From the NCBI GenBank assembly GCA_013265495.1, contig MU058387.1, positions 124,001 through 188,000 on the forward strand: a DNA stretch of 64,000 nucleotides. The letters are read 5' to 3'. Positions within the stretch are counted from its first letter, which is position 1. Each line of letters begins with the position of its first letter. This document shows positions 22,948 through 38,191 of this stretch, in pieces. The notes beneath the pieces are model-generated. The model saw nothing but the letters and a program-made list of their open reading frames with translations, searched no databases and had not been told where the DNA came from. Made by a program: the position numbers and the translations under genes. The DNA comes from Vicugna vicugna (Eukaryota).

Positions 22948-25899
22948 CCTAGACATACAGTTTCATGTCATAGATAAGGTAATCAGGAGTACAGAAGTTA
23001 AATCCTTTGCCTGCAGTCGGTGTAGCACACTAGGAGAGGGCTGGGGCAAGAAGCCAGGTGTTAGGCGTGTCAGTCTTGAGCTGTTTCACTTTGCCACAAA
23101 TGGTCCTCAGCACAAAGGACTGTCAATTTTTGTAAGTGACTGGAACTCTGATGCAAATTGGAAAAAAAGAAAATCTCTGTATGGACTAATTAAGGAAAGA
23201 AGCATGTACCTTGCTACTAAATAAGAATCATAAAGTACTTAAAAATAAGTATCACTTTATATAGCAAAAGACCCTGGAGTAATTGATACTGAATAGTTGG
23301 TCCTACTTTAATGAATATATAGAAATTTGCTTGTCATAAAGATCTTGCACAAACCTTTAGAAAAACTTATATACCAATCAAGTAATAGGTTTTCTCAAGT
23401 AGACTGCCATATCGTATTTCTTTTTGCTTTGTTTTACTTGGTTAATCCTTTCATCAGAAACTGAACAAAAGCAAACTTTTTGTAACCATTAAGTATCATA
23501 AATTCCAAGGTAGTAGAATTAGCTTTAATGCGATTTTACTCTTCTGAAAAGCTATTTGATTGATGTTAAAACATTTGTATGTGGTTAGGGCATATAGCTT
23601 GTTCTAAAAAAAAAAACAAAAAAAAAACCTTTTTTTTCCTTTTTCACTAAAGAAAATGCCTGGAAGAATTTGCCGCCTAATCTGTACCCATCCAGCTCTA
23701 TTTATTACCAAGCGCAAAGATCTCTGAGCCGAGAGCAGGTAGCTTTGTTAATAAGCACTGGCTCTAACACTTCCGTGTGGACATTTCAGGTCCTTAATCT
23801 TTAAGGAGTACTATGGCTACATCTCACCCACTACCACAACCAAGGAAAATACAAAAAATCTATTTTCAAAGAAGAGAACTATTTAAGCAAACTCATTTAA
23901 AATGAGGTAGTTCTGTCATTTATCATAATTTAAAACTATAATAAAATATCCTCCTCACGTGACGTTACAGTGCTGTGTTCTATCTATGTGTTCATAGTAG
24001 TATTTCCTTTTTAAATTTTGATTCTCTATTAATTTAAAGAAGCAATTATTTGGTGCTTATTGAGTGCCGTAAATTTTCATTTTTCCCCCAGTGAACCTTG
24101 AGAAATAATTATACAATAATTAATAAACCTCGATGAATAACTCTGAGTGTCATTCATGTCTTATTTGAGCTTTTAATCACCTTCACTGATTCTGGAAGAA
24201 CTGTTTCCTTGGCAGTTACACCTGTACCACATTAATTTCATATCAGACAAGTCTCCCTGAGAGTATATTTTTTTCATCTATATTCTTTGTATGATTTTTA
24301 TAATAACATACTTTCCACTAAATCCTGATAGGATTTTTTTCCTCATTGTCACAATAGGGATATAGTTTACTGTTTGTGTCTAAGAATCTCATTAAACGAT
24401 TTCTAAGTCACAGGTTGCAAATCAGAACTGGCTGGGTGGAATTCAAAACAAGCAGAAAATGTCCCTCAGGAAAAAACGGACTCTTCAGGAGATAATGACC
24501 ACAGCTTCCTACTTTGACTAATATGTTTGAAACCCAAAACTTGAAATGGAGATCCAAATCTTGCTCAATATTTTGAAAAGAAAAATGCACACAGTTTTGA
24601 CATGCAAGCTGTTACTTTAAAAACAACGTGAAAGAATTTTCACTCCCTTTCCTCAATTTCACCCTCTGCTAACTACAGAAAATAGAAAAAAGAGGAAAAG
24701 GGAATAGGATTGGGAAATGAAGAGAGAAAAAGAGATTTGTGGACAAAGGGAGAGAGGAGAAAGGAGGGGGCTGGCAGGGAACAACTAAAAATTGGACAAA
24801 TATAAGGGCAGCAAAAATCAACAAGGTATAAATGTCCTTTGATTACTGTGAGTGGGAGAAAGGGGGGTGCTTTGAACACCTCTGCTTATATATAATAGCC
24901 CACCCAAACTATATTAAAAGAACATTACAGCTGTCTCAGGAAATTCACAGTTCAGGTTGAAATGCACCATATGTCCTTGATACCTCCACACAGCAGGGTG
25001 CATTAAGATAGCTATTAGGCCGGCTCCCTGTCATGCCTGGGCACTGGAGGACATATGGTGCTTTTCACCCTTGACTAACTAGCCCTTCCTTCCTTCCTTC
25101 CATTGTTTCCTGCAGTAACTTGAACGACTACTGAATGTTGTTCTCCAGCCGAAGGAAAGTGAGTCTTCATCAACAACTCTCCCCCACGACCACACACACA
25201 AACGCACAAGCTGCTTCTGGCCCAAAGCGATTTTTCTCTGTGTAACATACTGCACTTGGCAACGCGTACCCATGACTCATCAATCTGGGAGCAAGTTAAA
25301 CGTATAATGATGACAATATTGCTGTAATGTGGGCTGCAAAATGAAACAAGGTGTTATCTCTAAATTAAAGATGGAAATGCTTAGATAGTGAGAGAGGAAA
25401 CAAACAAGAAATGGGGTTAACCAAGAAGGATTTGTAGGAATGAAATACAAGGAATTTGCTTTTTTTTTTTTTTGCCATCCAAAGCAAGTGCATTTTCTCA
25501 AATTCATACCTAATATTCAGGAAGTCATTTTCCACATGCCTGCCAGTGCTAACAATGTAAGAATCACGTCTTTTCTTTCTCTCTCAAGCAAACAACCACT
25601 ACATCTATGTGCTCTCATGAGTTTCAAAGGAATGACCACAGTAAAAAGTAAACTATAATATGGAAACAGATGCAAATGTTCTAGCAGTCCCTGTTACTTA
25701 CTGTGGATATCAGCCCATCTTCCTTGTTTACAAAATCTGATACAGTTCACATATGCCTCCCTCAGAGACAGTGGTCCTATCTCAACCTCAAGATTCAATC
25801 AATTTTGTTTGAGCATGAGAAGGAGATGTAATACAAGTCAGTAAGTCTTAGGGCTGCAGCAGACACTGTTCCTGGGAAAGGCTGCCTCACTGTTAAAAT

Positions 25900-26160
25900 G
25901 TTAAGACAAAGCAAAGGACATTCCCTTTTGCTGTAGCACGTTGCCACGCCTGCTGCAATGTCTGGAACTCTGGCAGCCATCTTGGATGCTGGAAGACAGT
26001 CTGTAAAGCAGAAAGAAGAGGGAAAAAACCCCAAAAAACTCACTTTGATCCTCCCTGACACTGTTGAGGCCTTGATTACACCAAATCCAAAAGTTCCTAT
26101 GGCTGTTTTTTGATGTATATTTAAGCCAGTTAAACTGGTCTAAGTTGTGATTTTTTTTTC
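25900..26160 (+). mobile_element. Old MLT1 LTR fragment
   Basis: tgtctggaactctggcagccatcttgg...ccctgacactgttgag...tttaagccagt. Confidence 0.6.
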
Positions 26161-28454
26161 TCTATGAAAGATATGCTAAGGAATGTGAACATATCTTTTG
26201 GCCATACTTGTTGAAGACTAAAGTTTAATGTAACCCTCATGACAACATAGTGGTAAACTTCCCCCAGAGAGCCAATACTTGAAATGTCTACATTTCATGA
26301 ATATTCAGGGTAAGAAATACTGTATAATCCTGCTTGGATTCCCCAGTGTGTGAGACTAGGCCAGCACATTTTTCACTCTCTTCTTTCACAATCAGGAGAT
26401 TCATAGAAAGAGACAAGAAATAAGCTAGACTCTATTTAAACTGCATTTTAAGAAAGTAAATTTTACAGATTTTTAACCACTGGGCCTTCAGAAATAATGC
26501 AGCACTACCATCGATCATATTTAGTTCATTGTGGTTGGTCAGAAGAAGAGAAGAAAAACTAAAATGCTTCAGATTTCTTCCCTCACTTACCTACCCAATG
26601 ATCTAATCCTAACTCATTTTCCATGCACCAAATCCCCAAGAAACAGCACTGAATAGAGAAAGTATAGAGAAAAGGGAAGAGGTGGCAAGAGAAGAAATTG
26701 AAGAAGGAAAAAAAAGTCAACCAATGGGAGAGATCAGAAAAGGCACTAAGTATCTTCAGGGGGAAGTAAGATGTCTAGTGTCTTGCAGGGCTGCTGCACC
26801 ACGTGTACAACCTGCAGACCTGTGCTTCGTCACCCAGAAAAAGGCTCATGAACACCATGAACTAAGAGCATGTCATCTGTGTGTTTTAAAGGAGAGTCCT
26901 GGTGTGGCTGGAACACACGGCAACTTGGAGCAGAAGAAAGGCACGAACTACCTGGACAAAAAATGGAATCAGCTCAAGTCGAAGATCTGTTAATTTTTTC
27001 TCATTGTGTGGTCATGGACAATTTACCTAAGGTGACCTTCAACTGCTTGTGAAGAATCCTTCACTGAAAGAATCGTCCTTCAGCAGAGGATTGTGGGGAG
27101 ACTCAATGAGCTCGCCCACATGAACAGCATCTTGAAATGCATTACGCATATGTTCAGCAAATCCTCCAGTCTCCAGTCTCAGCAGCCCTGAGGTGAAAAG
27201 CTTCTGAGACACCATTTCCTATGAGCTGGTGACGTTTTCCAGCTGGGATGCAAAGGCTCCTGCCAGGGTTGGCCCAGACCATTTGCTGAGAGTAGATTAA
27301 AATGAAAATATCCTAAGTTTGCTTAACTATCTTAACTTTCAAAAAAAGATACTTCTTCCATGTCATAGATGATTTGTTCCTAAATCACCAAGAATCTTCT
27401 AAACCAGATAGTCTCCCTGCTTTCAGAGCAGGACCCAATCATGAGAGATCAGACATCCTATTGAAAATAGTCTGTCTGTTGCCTGAGGAAGAATTAGAGC
27501 CCCATCAGCTGATTCTCAGTCCAGAAAAGATCCCATTGGTATTTTCTCAACTGGGCAGAGGGAGCTATATTTGAGTCACTGATACAGAAATTTATCAACC
27601 TCATTTTTGCCAAATCATCCATTCAAGAACTGTCGAGTTCCATTACTGTCATTCACTTGAGGTGTTTAGAGGCAGGTGAATGTCACATCTCCTCTTCCTA
27701 GTAGTCTCGTTGTCAAATGATATGTGAACCTCGGCCATGCTAAAGTACGGGGAAAAAAAAAATCTCCGAGGTTAAAATAACAAAGAAAGACTTATGTCCA
27801 CTGCAGGGTGACTGAAGGCTCTGACCTTGTCCTCGTCATTCTCATTCGGGGACCCAGCCTGGCAGACAGCAACTAGATGGAACATGGCCAGAGGCTGTGG
27901 CAGAGAGCAAAGGGAAAGAATCCTAAATGCTCAGGCAGGAAGTGCCTTTCACAACTTACTGAGCGTGAACCCCAAGGTGCAGTGTCCCACAAGAGATGAA
28001 GAGCCAGAAGTATTGGTGCAAAGCATTGGGGATGACTTCTGCATTTCACAATGAAAGCAAGTTCAGAAAAATTTGCCACACAGGGCAACATTTCTTAGCA
28101 GTCAGGCACAAAATCAGTCATATGACCATTTATTTGTTTCTAATATTTTTTGTGATAGCCATTGTCCTGCACTGTGTAAGAAATGACATAGGAACAATGA
28201 CTCTCTAGATCTGATCTAAAGGTTATCAGTTTGCTGTGTTGGCTGGATTATCTGAGTGACAGGACCCAAGTAACTATGGTAGTGGGGCCCCTGACATATC
28301 TAGAACATTATCCATGACATCCATAAAGAACTATTTCTAGCAAACCATGTACTAATTAACAAAACACTTGTTGTCGATTTCAATAAGGAGCTTTGAAAAA
28401 CTTGAATTGCCATGTCTGACAGTGGGTTTCCATTTAGGGCAAATCAGATGCAGA

Positions 28455-28892
28455 CCGACTATCCTTTGCTGACAAACAAGTCACCTCGAAACTCAACAGC
28501 ATATAATAGTCAGCTTGTATTCTCATGCATCTATCGGGTACAGCTCATCTGAGGTGAGTTCCTTATCTGCATGTGGACTGGCTCTACTGCAAATGTCTCA
28601 CCGCTTTCTTCTAGGAATAGCAGACCTCCAGGAATGTTCTCTGACCATGGCAGGAGTACAAGAACTCAATCAGAAACACGCAAGGAGACTTGAAACTGAG
28701 GCGCAGACCCAATCCGCTGTTACTTCCGCCTCCTTTTTTTGGACCAAAACAAGTCACATGGCTAAGGCCAGAATCAAAAGGAAGGGAAGTTCTCCCTTGT
28801 CATGTTAGGAGGTTATTACAAAGTTACAAGCAAAAGCCTGGATATGAGAAGGGGTTCAGAATAATTACGGTCATTACCGCAATCTAACACAC
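28455..28892 (-). mobile_element. MLT1 LTR
   Basis: ctttgctgacaaacaagtcacctcgaaactca...ttggaccaaaacaagtcacatggctaaggccagaatcaa. Confidence 0.75.
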
Positions 28893-31800
28893 ACCCCTAA
28901 GAACCAATAAAAATTAACGCACATACTCATACGTCACTTTGCTTTTCATTCTAGTTTCAAGTTTCAAAACTCACCCTGCCTACAATGATCTGTGTAGAAC
29001 CCCACCATGCGACTCCTAGCTGGGGTCTCTGACAATTACTGCTTTAGTAAAAATCAGTGTTCTCTGATAGCTCTAAAGTGTACTGAGCAGAACAAAGGAA
29101 AGGAATTAGACCATTCTTCTAACAACTTGAAGCAGAATAAGGATTCAAGATAAAGGACTTAATTCTATAGCTATTTTGAGTTAAGATCAAAGGCACTCAA
29201 TCTTCAGAACATGAAACAAAAAGGTGCTATGACTTTTTGTCCCCTTCATGTATAAAATCATACAGATGACACACATTTGTTTGACCACACACCTGTAGTT
29301 CATGCTTTACAGAGACTGGGTTAATAGAAAAAGAAAAAAAATTTGGTTCCCTGCAAGATGTTTAAAAAATCAGTGAGCTGGAATGCTGCTACAGAGTACA
29401 TAAATTACAGAAAGAGAAAAAAGATTCTAAAGAGAACTTTAGCTGAGCCTGATAACTGGTCAAACTGTCACCATGAAAGCCTGTTAGTGGAGAGAGGAGC
29501 ATGGGCAGTGACAAGGTGCTATGTTCTCCTGAGCAAGGAGTCTCAGAATAAGGTAGAATAATGCACGTGGTTATCTTGAAAACTCTAAGATGCCTCGTCA
29601 TTTTCTCCAAATTTTATGAAGCAATTTTAACGTTCATTGGCAGCAGATAAAAGCTGATATTACAACCTGGTCCGCGTTGGTTTCTGCCGTGCAAAGGAGA
29701 TCTAACGCTGATTCTGCACAGGAAGCATATGCCCCCTTAATTACACAAAGCATTAAGTTACTTACAGAAGAACCAGGAACCATATGGCCCATTAGAATCA
29801 GAAGTCAGGAGGTAAGGGAGACTAGGGCTTCTGTGCTTTCTAACTGAGCGGGGATCCCATGCATTCAGAGGTTCTTTTCACAAACTAGCAACCAGGACAG
29901 ACTTTCATCTTTTCATTTGGCTCCTTCAAAAGCTTTTCACATTGTTCTAAGAATGGCCGTGGGCGTACAACACCCACTTTGATCGTTTTGACCCAATTTG
30001 TATGTCTCTTACTAGACTGCATCATGATGTCACTGTTTATTTACTCACAGGAGTCTGGGCTCTTCTAGGTCAAGGATGCAGCATTACCTATCCTCTCACT
30101 GAAGACTGAGTTGTCTTTGATGACTCTAAAGACTCCACGAGGTTTATCCCAAAACTAACATTATGTTCTTATAGAGAAAGTGGGCATGTTGTAAAAAGTA
30201 AAAAAAATAATTATGACTATCATTTACCTCCTCTATATAGTGGATCCTGACGATACAGGATCACTGAATGACCACAAAGTGTGTGCTGCTGTAGACGGTA
30301 AAAATGGACCCAAGTAGCTTTATTGTGAATTTCACATCTATAGCAGGATTGGATTTTTAAGATCTCTTTCTCAAAAAGGACTTTAATAAATCATTTTAAT
30401 TTCTAAGTCACGAGATTCTCGAGTGTGTAATGCTGAAACAAGCTGTGTTCTAGATTTTATAATATCTGTGTGGTTATGGTCCTTGTGAAGAGGCAGCCAC
30501 AAGAAAGAAGGTGACCTTTGATTTTGACCCTAAGCTTAGTGGTAGAAACGCAGAAAGGGTCAATGTTCTAGCTTCTATTTTTTGCAAAGAGTGGCAGGAT
30601 GGGGGACAAAGTAAGGGGACCAAAATGACCATATTCCCCATCACATAAAAGTCTTTCACTTTATTCTTTAAAACTATTTCATTAAGTTCAAGGAGATATT
30701 AGAAAGGCCTGCTTGTGCTTTTATCTTATTTACAGTGCTTCCTGGAAAAATCAAATTTGTTCTAGACCTGAAACATCTCAATACATTTTCAAGCAAAGGA
30801 AAGGATTTAAAATGCTACCACTAATTCTTTAAACAAACAAAAAAACACAAATAATTTTAAGTTACCATTTATCAAAGCTGTGATATTAAGCCACCTTTTT
30901 AATGTCCAAAATGTGTCATGGGCCATCTTACGTAAAAATAATCTTAATGCTATTACATGTTAAATAAGAAAATGGATGGTGATAAAAACTGAAATGAAAT
31001 CAACAGTTCTTTGAAATAAATGTGCACTCTTATTAACCACCACATCATTAAAATACATGTTATACATTTGTAAAAATACTATGTGTGTGTGCTACATACA
31101 CACAAGCAGACAATTTTTAATATGCATATAATTTTGGAGGCTGCTTATAATAACTGTGATGTCTGCCCCTTTGCAGGACTTCAAACATTAGGTTAATTGA
31201 AAGGGAGATGTGTAAGAAAGTAATACAAAGGCATAATTTTGTTCAAATGTGGGAATTTGTTGATTACATTTTATCGACCTTTGCCAAGTGTGATCATAAC
31301 ACTCGGTGGTTCCATTTCACTGGGTTTTTTGTTAAATCTTTCTGAAACGACTTCCCAGGTTCGCTGCTACACTAGCCACTACCAAACAAGGCAAGGGACC
31401 TCCAGGTGCCCCTGTTTGTGCTGCGTTTATATCCATCAGAGAATAAAAATGTAAAGGGCAGTGTAAATCCACGGTGGCTTCACATGTGGTCCCCATACTG
31501 CGTACGTCTCGAGTAGAAAATTGAGGAAGAAGGGGAGGAGATACAATGAAATACATGTGGAAGGGGTTTTCTCAAACGTGAAGAAACAAGCACTTTTTTT
31601 TATTATTACCATTGTTTTTCAAGGAGAGAAATGTATTTCTCAATTTTATTTTATTCTTAAATTTATTTTCTCAATTATAAGGAAAAACAGGCCTTTAAAA
31701 TTTAAGTCATTAAAGGACAAGAATCAAACCAAGCAAGCACACAATAGAAAGCTTCTATTACCTTTACCATAATAATTTAATCTTGTAGATGCCACGGAAT

Positions 31801-32699
31801 TAACAAAAATGCATGGGGTACAAAGGTCCCCATAGTCTGACAAAGGTCCCCATGGTCTGCTTTGATCCCTGTGCCGTGTCCCTGCTGTTACATGCCACTG
31901 CCTGCACTTTGGCCGTAACAAACCACAAGCAGGTATCACAATGAGCATCCTCGCCCCACCCTCACACCTGCTGTGCCTAGAATTGTCCTGGTAATTCCCT
32001 ACTCGTGTTCACTCCCTTCATTAGATTGTAAGCCCCTAAATGTAAAGAAATGTTTGCTTTGCACCTCCAGCGCCTACCACATAAAGGGCCTTTCAGGAGC
32101 CTCATTAAGTAGCATGCATATATAAGAAACAAACTGGCCAACTTACAAGGGACGGAAAGTATAGACCAAAGATACCAATGTCTGCAAATAGACTATTTTA
32201 ACAAATTGAATTCAAATGTGTAGAAAATTCCCAACTCCTCTATCTAATAGGAGACAAAATTCTTCAAAGGTAAGCCATCTTTAAATCTGCACACACGTAC
32301 TACAGCCAGGCTATCATATTATGCCTCTATAAGATCGTTTTAATACCCTCGCATCGGTATTTATCTTTCTAATGTAAAGCACTAGCATCCCTCATCCTGT
32401 CAACTCCCCGAGAATATAGTCGCTGCCGTGGAACTTCATGTCCCAACAAACCAACTCAGTAGCCCACAAAAATAAACACCATGAAATGCTTGATTTTGTT
32501 GATGTTGACAATATGCAAACTGGCATGCATTCCCTATTTTTTATGTAACATTAATAACTGTATGATGTTATTCTCTTTTTCAGATGCCTTAACCTTCTCT
32601 ATTGCAGTTAATCATCAGAGTACTTGCTCCCTTTGTTCAAACTCCCTTCTTAGCCCATTTTGCTGAGAATATTTTACTTATATTTATTTGAAGATTCCA

Positions 32700-32962
32700 C
32701 TTTCCCCCTCCCAAGTATTGTCTCAGACCATCTCTACCCCTCACCCCGAACTAAGGTAAACGCTCCCAACTCTGTGTTCCCACTGGTCATAATAAACAGT
32801 ATGTCCGTCACACTGAATTGTAATTGATATCTCAAAATATGACTCCTTTCCTCGAAAAGGGTCATGTGGTCCTCATTTGCATATTCCCAGAGCTTCACCT
32901 AGTACTCTGCACATTGTAGATTCTCATTTAACGTGGACTTAATGAACTAATGAATGAATGGA
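32700..32962 (+). mobile_element. L2 3' end
   Basis: cactgaattgtaattg...cctagtactctgcacattgtagattctca...aatgaatgaatgg. Confidence 0.7.
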
Positions 32963-33904
32963 TGATATTAGAGTCAAGCACACACATCACATCGGTGTGC
33001 TGTGGTCACTTCTGTAGCATCTTATGAGTGTGGAAGCAGGAAACTGTGAGCAAGATCAAATGTATACATGCTGCTTCCAAATTAGTGTTTGATCACTGGA
33101 TACCACCTCAGTCTTAAGTATCAGTTAAAGGCCCCTGAACACTGTAAGAACTCAACAAATAATAAAAAATGATGAAAAGGCTATTTTACTAAATTGACTA
33201 CTTATTCTAAATCCTTGATCTTTTTGAGGAAAACACACTCACATCAAAGGAAATATCATTGTCATAATTAAAATTCAAAGATCAAAAAATGTATTCAGCG
33301 TTATTATACCATACATTATTAGGATATAAATACTCTTGCTTGCATGATGTGCTATTGAAATTGGGAAGAAAGTTCACATTTGCATATCAATGCGCAAGTC
33401 ACCAAAAGGAACAGTTATAGAAAGAAATCTTTACCTATCATAAGAGGAAAAAGAGAAAGTCTTTGAAGCCATGTTGTTTAGTTAGAAGTCAAGAAATAGT
33501 TGAATAAAAGTGGCATGCAGGTTCCTCTCAAAAATGCACTTATTATAAAAAAAAAAAAGTCTGTAAATGTGGCCCAACTGCTATTTTATCTTTAATCAAC
33601 TTGAAACACAGCTCATAACAGAAGTTAAAAGAAATTCTTTGGTATTGGTTTAAGTGTGAAATCTCACATTCATGGCCAGCAAACCATAGGACTTATGGAA
33701 ATACATATTTTGCTCTGTTACATCAAACAGTTTTAAAGAGCCCTGAAACTAGGCAGATGACGACAAAAGCAGCCAAGGCCGATCGCCTTGTAAATGTGCG
33801 GCGGCATCTACCTCTCCCTGACATAAATTTGAGTTTGTGACCACTGGCTTAAATGCTACTTCTGTTTCATATTTTTAGAAAACGGTGATCAAAGAAGAGA
33901 CCCA

Positions 33905-35562
33905 CTTCATCTTCTCTGCTTTGTCTCCTTCCCCTACCAGACTCCTACCCATCGCAATTGTGTGTGTAGTCCTGGACGCTCTTTTCTTCTCCCTTTATGT
34001 TTTGTACTTTGAAGCATCCTTTCAATGCAGATGACTCCAGATGGGTTTCTCAATCTGAGACCTCCCTTTAAAGTCTCTGGAACCACACACCCAACTGCAT
34101 ACTTATATCTCTTTTGGAAACCTTTTATGTATTTGGGGTACAGCATGTCTCAGACCGAGTCTATGTTTCCTTTCCTCAATTCTCCACCACCTCTGGTATT
34201 TTTCCTTCCTATCAAAGCCAATTCCATGGACCAGGGTGCTCATGCCAAAAATCTCCAAGTCATGAGCATCTCACTCTCCTTAAGCCCCTATACTTAATTC
34301 GCCAAATCTTAATTGATGGAAAACCCCCAGTCAGAAAGAGAATCCATTCACTTTTCATCACTATCACTAGATCTGTGTATTAGCTGTCAGGTTTCTCCTG
34401 AGAAAACCAACAGGGTGGACATGTGTATGTATGTACATATGGTCATAGGTATGTGTTTATGTGTGTGTGTGTGTACATATATGGAGAGAGGAGAGAGACA
34501 GAGAGAGACATTTATTCTAAAGGATGGGCTCACGTGATTGTGGGGATTGGCAAGTCCAAAATCCATAGGGCAGGCTGGCAGACCCAAGCAAGAGTTGGTG
34601 TTGCAGCTCAAGTTCATGGTCATTCTGCTGGCAAAATGCCCTCCTCCTTGGGGGAGATCAACCTTCTTTTCTCTTAAGGCCCTTAACTGACTGGCTGAGG
34701 CCCACTCCCAATACAGAGGTTAATGTGCTTTACTCAAAGTCTATGGATTTAAATATTAACTCAGATATAATAGAAACATCTAGATGAGTGGCTAGGCCTA
34801 GCCAAGCTGAACATAAAGTTAACCATGACAGTCCCCACCCCTACCACCACTCTTCTAGGCAACTGGTAAACTAACCAACTGGTTACTTTCGATCCCCTGG
34901 CTTCTAGGTCAGTTTGCACACTGCAGTTAGAATGATCCTATTAAACATACAGACAGGGTCACGTCACTCTTTCCTGCTTAAAATATCGATGGGCTTCCAG
35001 CAGAGCTAGAAAGATTCAAAGCCATCATAGGCACTTCTGGTCTGGTCCTCCTCACCTTGTCAGCACTGACACCCTCTATTTTCATCCAGGAACCCAAACG
35101 CCATTAACCCTCCCCCAGATCTCAGAATGCTCTGTCCTCTCTCCTACTTCAAGGCCTTCAAAGACACCCCTGTTTTAGAATGCTCCTCCCCCAACACTTC
35201 ACCCAATGAACTCTTTGTCCTCCAGGATTTGTCTAAATGCCACTTCTCTACCCAAAAGGCTATCCTTTATCTCTCCCATCCTACCATGTATGGCTCTTAC
35301 CAGCATCATCACAGCTTACTAGGATTATGTCCCCACTTCTGGAATTGTTTGAGGCCTAAACCACCCATACACACCTCTGCGTGCCAACTCCCTCCCCACC
35401 TGCAACACACAACATGGTCAATTCCATGAAAACAAGACCATCTCTATTTTGTTTCTCATGATAGACTTGGTATTTGGCACCCTATTTTGTATGTAATAAA
35501 CACTCAAAAACAGTCAGAATGAATTAGCAGATAGATAAGTGAATGAATGAATAAATAAATGG
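33905..35562 (+). mobile_element. Long degraded L2, split by an MLT2 LTR
   Basis: gcagatgactccagatgggtttctcaatctgagacc...cactgcagttagaatgatcct...gaatgaatgaataaataaat. Confidence 0.75.
34376..34830 (-). mobile_element. MLT2 (ERVL) solo LTR with internal (TG)n/(GA)n
   Basis: tgtattag...ggctcacgtgattgtggggattggcaagtccaaaatcc...tagccaagctgaacataaagttaaccatgaca. Confidence 0.9.
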
Positions 35563-37770
35563 TTAAAATCTTCTGTGATTAAAATCATTGGGTAAAAATA
35601 AAGGTTTCATAGGAAACTAGTTAAATCTATTTTACACAAGGAAATTCTGGAAAACATTATAATAATAACCATTTCTCCCCATAGTAAACCACATTTTCAC
35701 GTATGTGTTCTATCTGTCACACACCCTCCTCCTGACAAATAAGAAATTGTGGGGTGAAAAGACTATCACTTGTCCAAGGCGACAGAAAGCATTTAAAAAA
35801 AACAACAACAAAATTACTGATCACAGTTTTAACAGTCAACAAACAAACCCAAAACCAACCTGAAAACAGTTAATATCTATTTTTATTGACAGAACTACAG
35901 TGAAGATACGGTCAAGTATGTCAGCAGAACACAACTGAGTTCTGGAGGGAGAAGGTGCTGAAGGGTGCATTTCCAAGTGCCATATCACTCAGGCAGTTTC
36001 CGGCTCACCAACGTGTGGCCACATTCAAATGAAGTCCATTATCTGCTGAGAAATAGGACGGAAACACTTCTAATTTCTGTTCTTTTAATATAACCTTTAG
36101 CAATGTAAGTAAAAGTTAAAAGCACCTCAATATACATTTTCCCTTGTTGATCATGAAATTGGGTATTAAGCAAAAAAAAGTTGCTTTACGTATATTTTCT
36201 CCACATTTCTTTGTTCGTGTCAGTCAGGTGAGATAGGCTTTGACTAAGTTCTGCCTCAATTCTAAACAGAACGGGTTCAAAGTTTATGGATAAATTTTAA
36301 CAGGGCTCAGATTCCATCCAGAGGGACAAAAATAGGCTTGTTGACTTAGTTATAGAGCGATTACTTGCCAACGTTTATCTCAATTCATCTTTAACAGTTT
36401 AGTTAAAAGCACAGTCTTAAAACATATAGTATATTTTATTCTGCTTACATCTCAAGATTGGAATGAGCAAGAGTCTCAACGACAAACAGCTATTTCCAAA
36501 CTAGGAATTGTTTGCTCTTTTCCGTGTTTACAAATGCTTTGTTGGCAAATGTTGAACTTCTTATCATAAACATTCCACAATAATGCAGTGGTAAGATTGT
36601 ATGTGAGCTGTTTGTGTTAAACTTTGCATTTCTCTCCTCATCCACTGCAACCCAAAGCCAACTTTTTTAGTGCTCCCTGGCCTCAGAGCTTTCTATGAGG
36701 AAATAGCAGAAACCACTTATAGACAATTTTTTTTTCCTCTGTAAATACCTGGACTCATTGAAGACAGAAGCCATTGTCTCAAAGAAAAAGTAACAGAAGA
36801 AAATGCTTTCAGAAATGGGAGAAATAGAGAGAGATTTCTTCCTGGTACAGACAGAGTATAAGGTGCCTGGTGGTCTGAACTGATGAGACAGATTCCAAAG
36901 TTGTAAGACCTCTGGTCCCAGGGAGCTTTCCAAGGCCTCGGAGAAGAATAGCTTCCTGGTGTACATTGGGAGGCTAAACACAGGCCTGGGGCTCACTGCT
37001 TGGTCAAAATATCACCAAGAATGGCACAGAAATTTCGAGAAACTTCAGAACCCACAAACATGGAGAGAAAGATGGGCTGAGACACTCCCAGCCCAGATAC
37101 CACTTTATATTGTGAAGTTGAAGCTAAAGTAATACGCGTTGTTAGATGAGAGACCTCCTGGCTAGTCTAGGGACCATGTACGTACAGAATAACCAGCCGG
37201 GATGATTTATTTTTACTACGTCTATTGATCAGAATAAATGAAATCACCTGCCCTCGCATCCACGTGACCCACAGAAGACATTACAAAATTAAGTTTATTT
37301 CTGAACATGACAAATTAAATAGGTCAAATATGACCCACATATGATCTGCACATCTACTTTTCCCATGTTTTGGTTTGGGAAAATTCTAACTCTTAATTGT
37401 AGTAAATGATAGAGCCCTTAAAGTTCTGAATCCTTTGTTGTTGCTGTTTTTCAAGTGTGTAGATTTCTTCTACATATATCTTATTGGAACAGATCAGGCT
37501 TTTATGCAAAATTCATAGTAAGCACTCGATAAATACATACTGAAAGAGTAAAGTAATTATACTGGTAATTAAATTATCGTTATAATATCCAAACATTTTG
37601 GAAATAGAGAAGAATCTGAAAACTTCCTTTCATTCCTCTTAGAGGAAAGCACTGTTGAGTTAGTGCTGGTCTTTCTACTCTTTTCCATACTTTTGTATTC
37701 ACATGTATAGGTTCACAGAAACATATTTTTATCTAAATGAGCTCATCCTACATATTTTTCTGTACCTTGT

Positions 37771-38191
37771 TGTTAGGGGTTGAACTATATCCCCAAAAAG
37801 ATAGGTTGAAATTCTAACCTCTAGTACCTTATACAGAAATGGGGCCTTTGCAGATGTAATCAAGTTAAAATGAGGTCATGGGGGTGGGTGTTAACCCAAT
37901 GGGAGCGGTGAAGAAACAGAGCAACAGAGACACACAGAGAGAATGCCAAGTGATGACAGAGGCAGAGACTGGAGTGATACCCACAAGCCAGGAATTGCCA
38001 GGGACGGCTGGTGTCACCGGAAGCCCGGAGGAGGCAAGGGACCCACCCCTAGAAGCTCTGGAGGGAGCACCACCCTGACTGCATATTGATTTTGCACTTC
38101 CAGAGTTCAGAACTGTGAGCAGATAAATGTCTGCTCTTTCAAGCCACCTCATTGTGTTAATTTGTCAGAGCAGTCCTAGGAAATGCATATC
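37771..38191 (+). mobile_element. MLT1B/C-like MaLR solo LTR
   Basis: tgttaggggttgaact...ctttgcagatgtaatcaagttaaaatgagg...cagaactgtgagcagataaatgtctgc; 5-bp TSD CTTGT at 37766-37770 and 38192-38196. Confidence 0.92.

Noticed and set aside
23955..23966. TCACGTGACGT overlapping E-box/CRE
   Set aside because: A single short motif with no supporting context; compatible with chance.
36749..36777. Minus-strand mini-exon with Kozak-like ATG (MASVFNES)
   Set aside because: Rare GAG acceptor, weak gtattt donor and no in-frame partner recognised.
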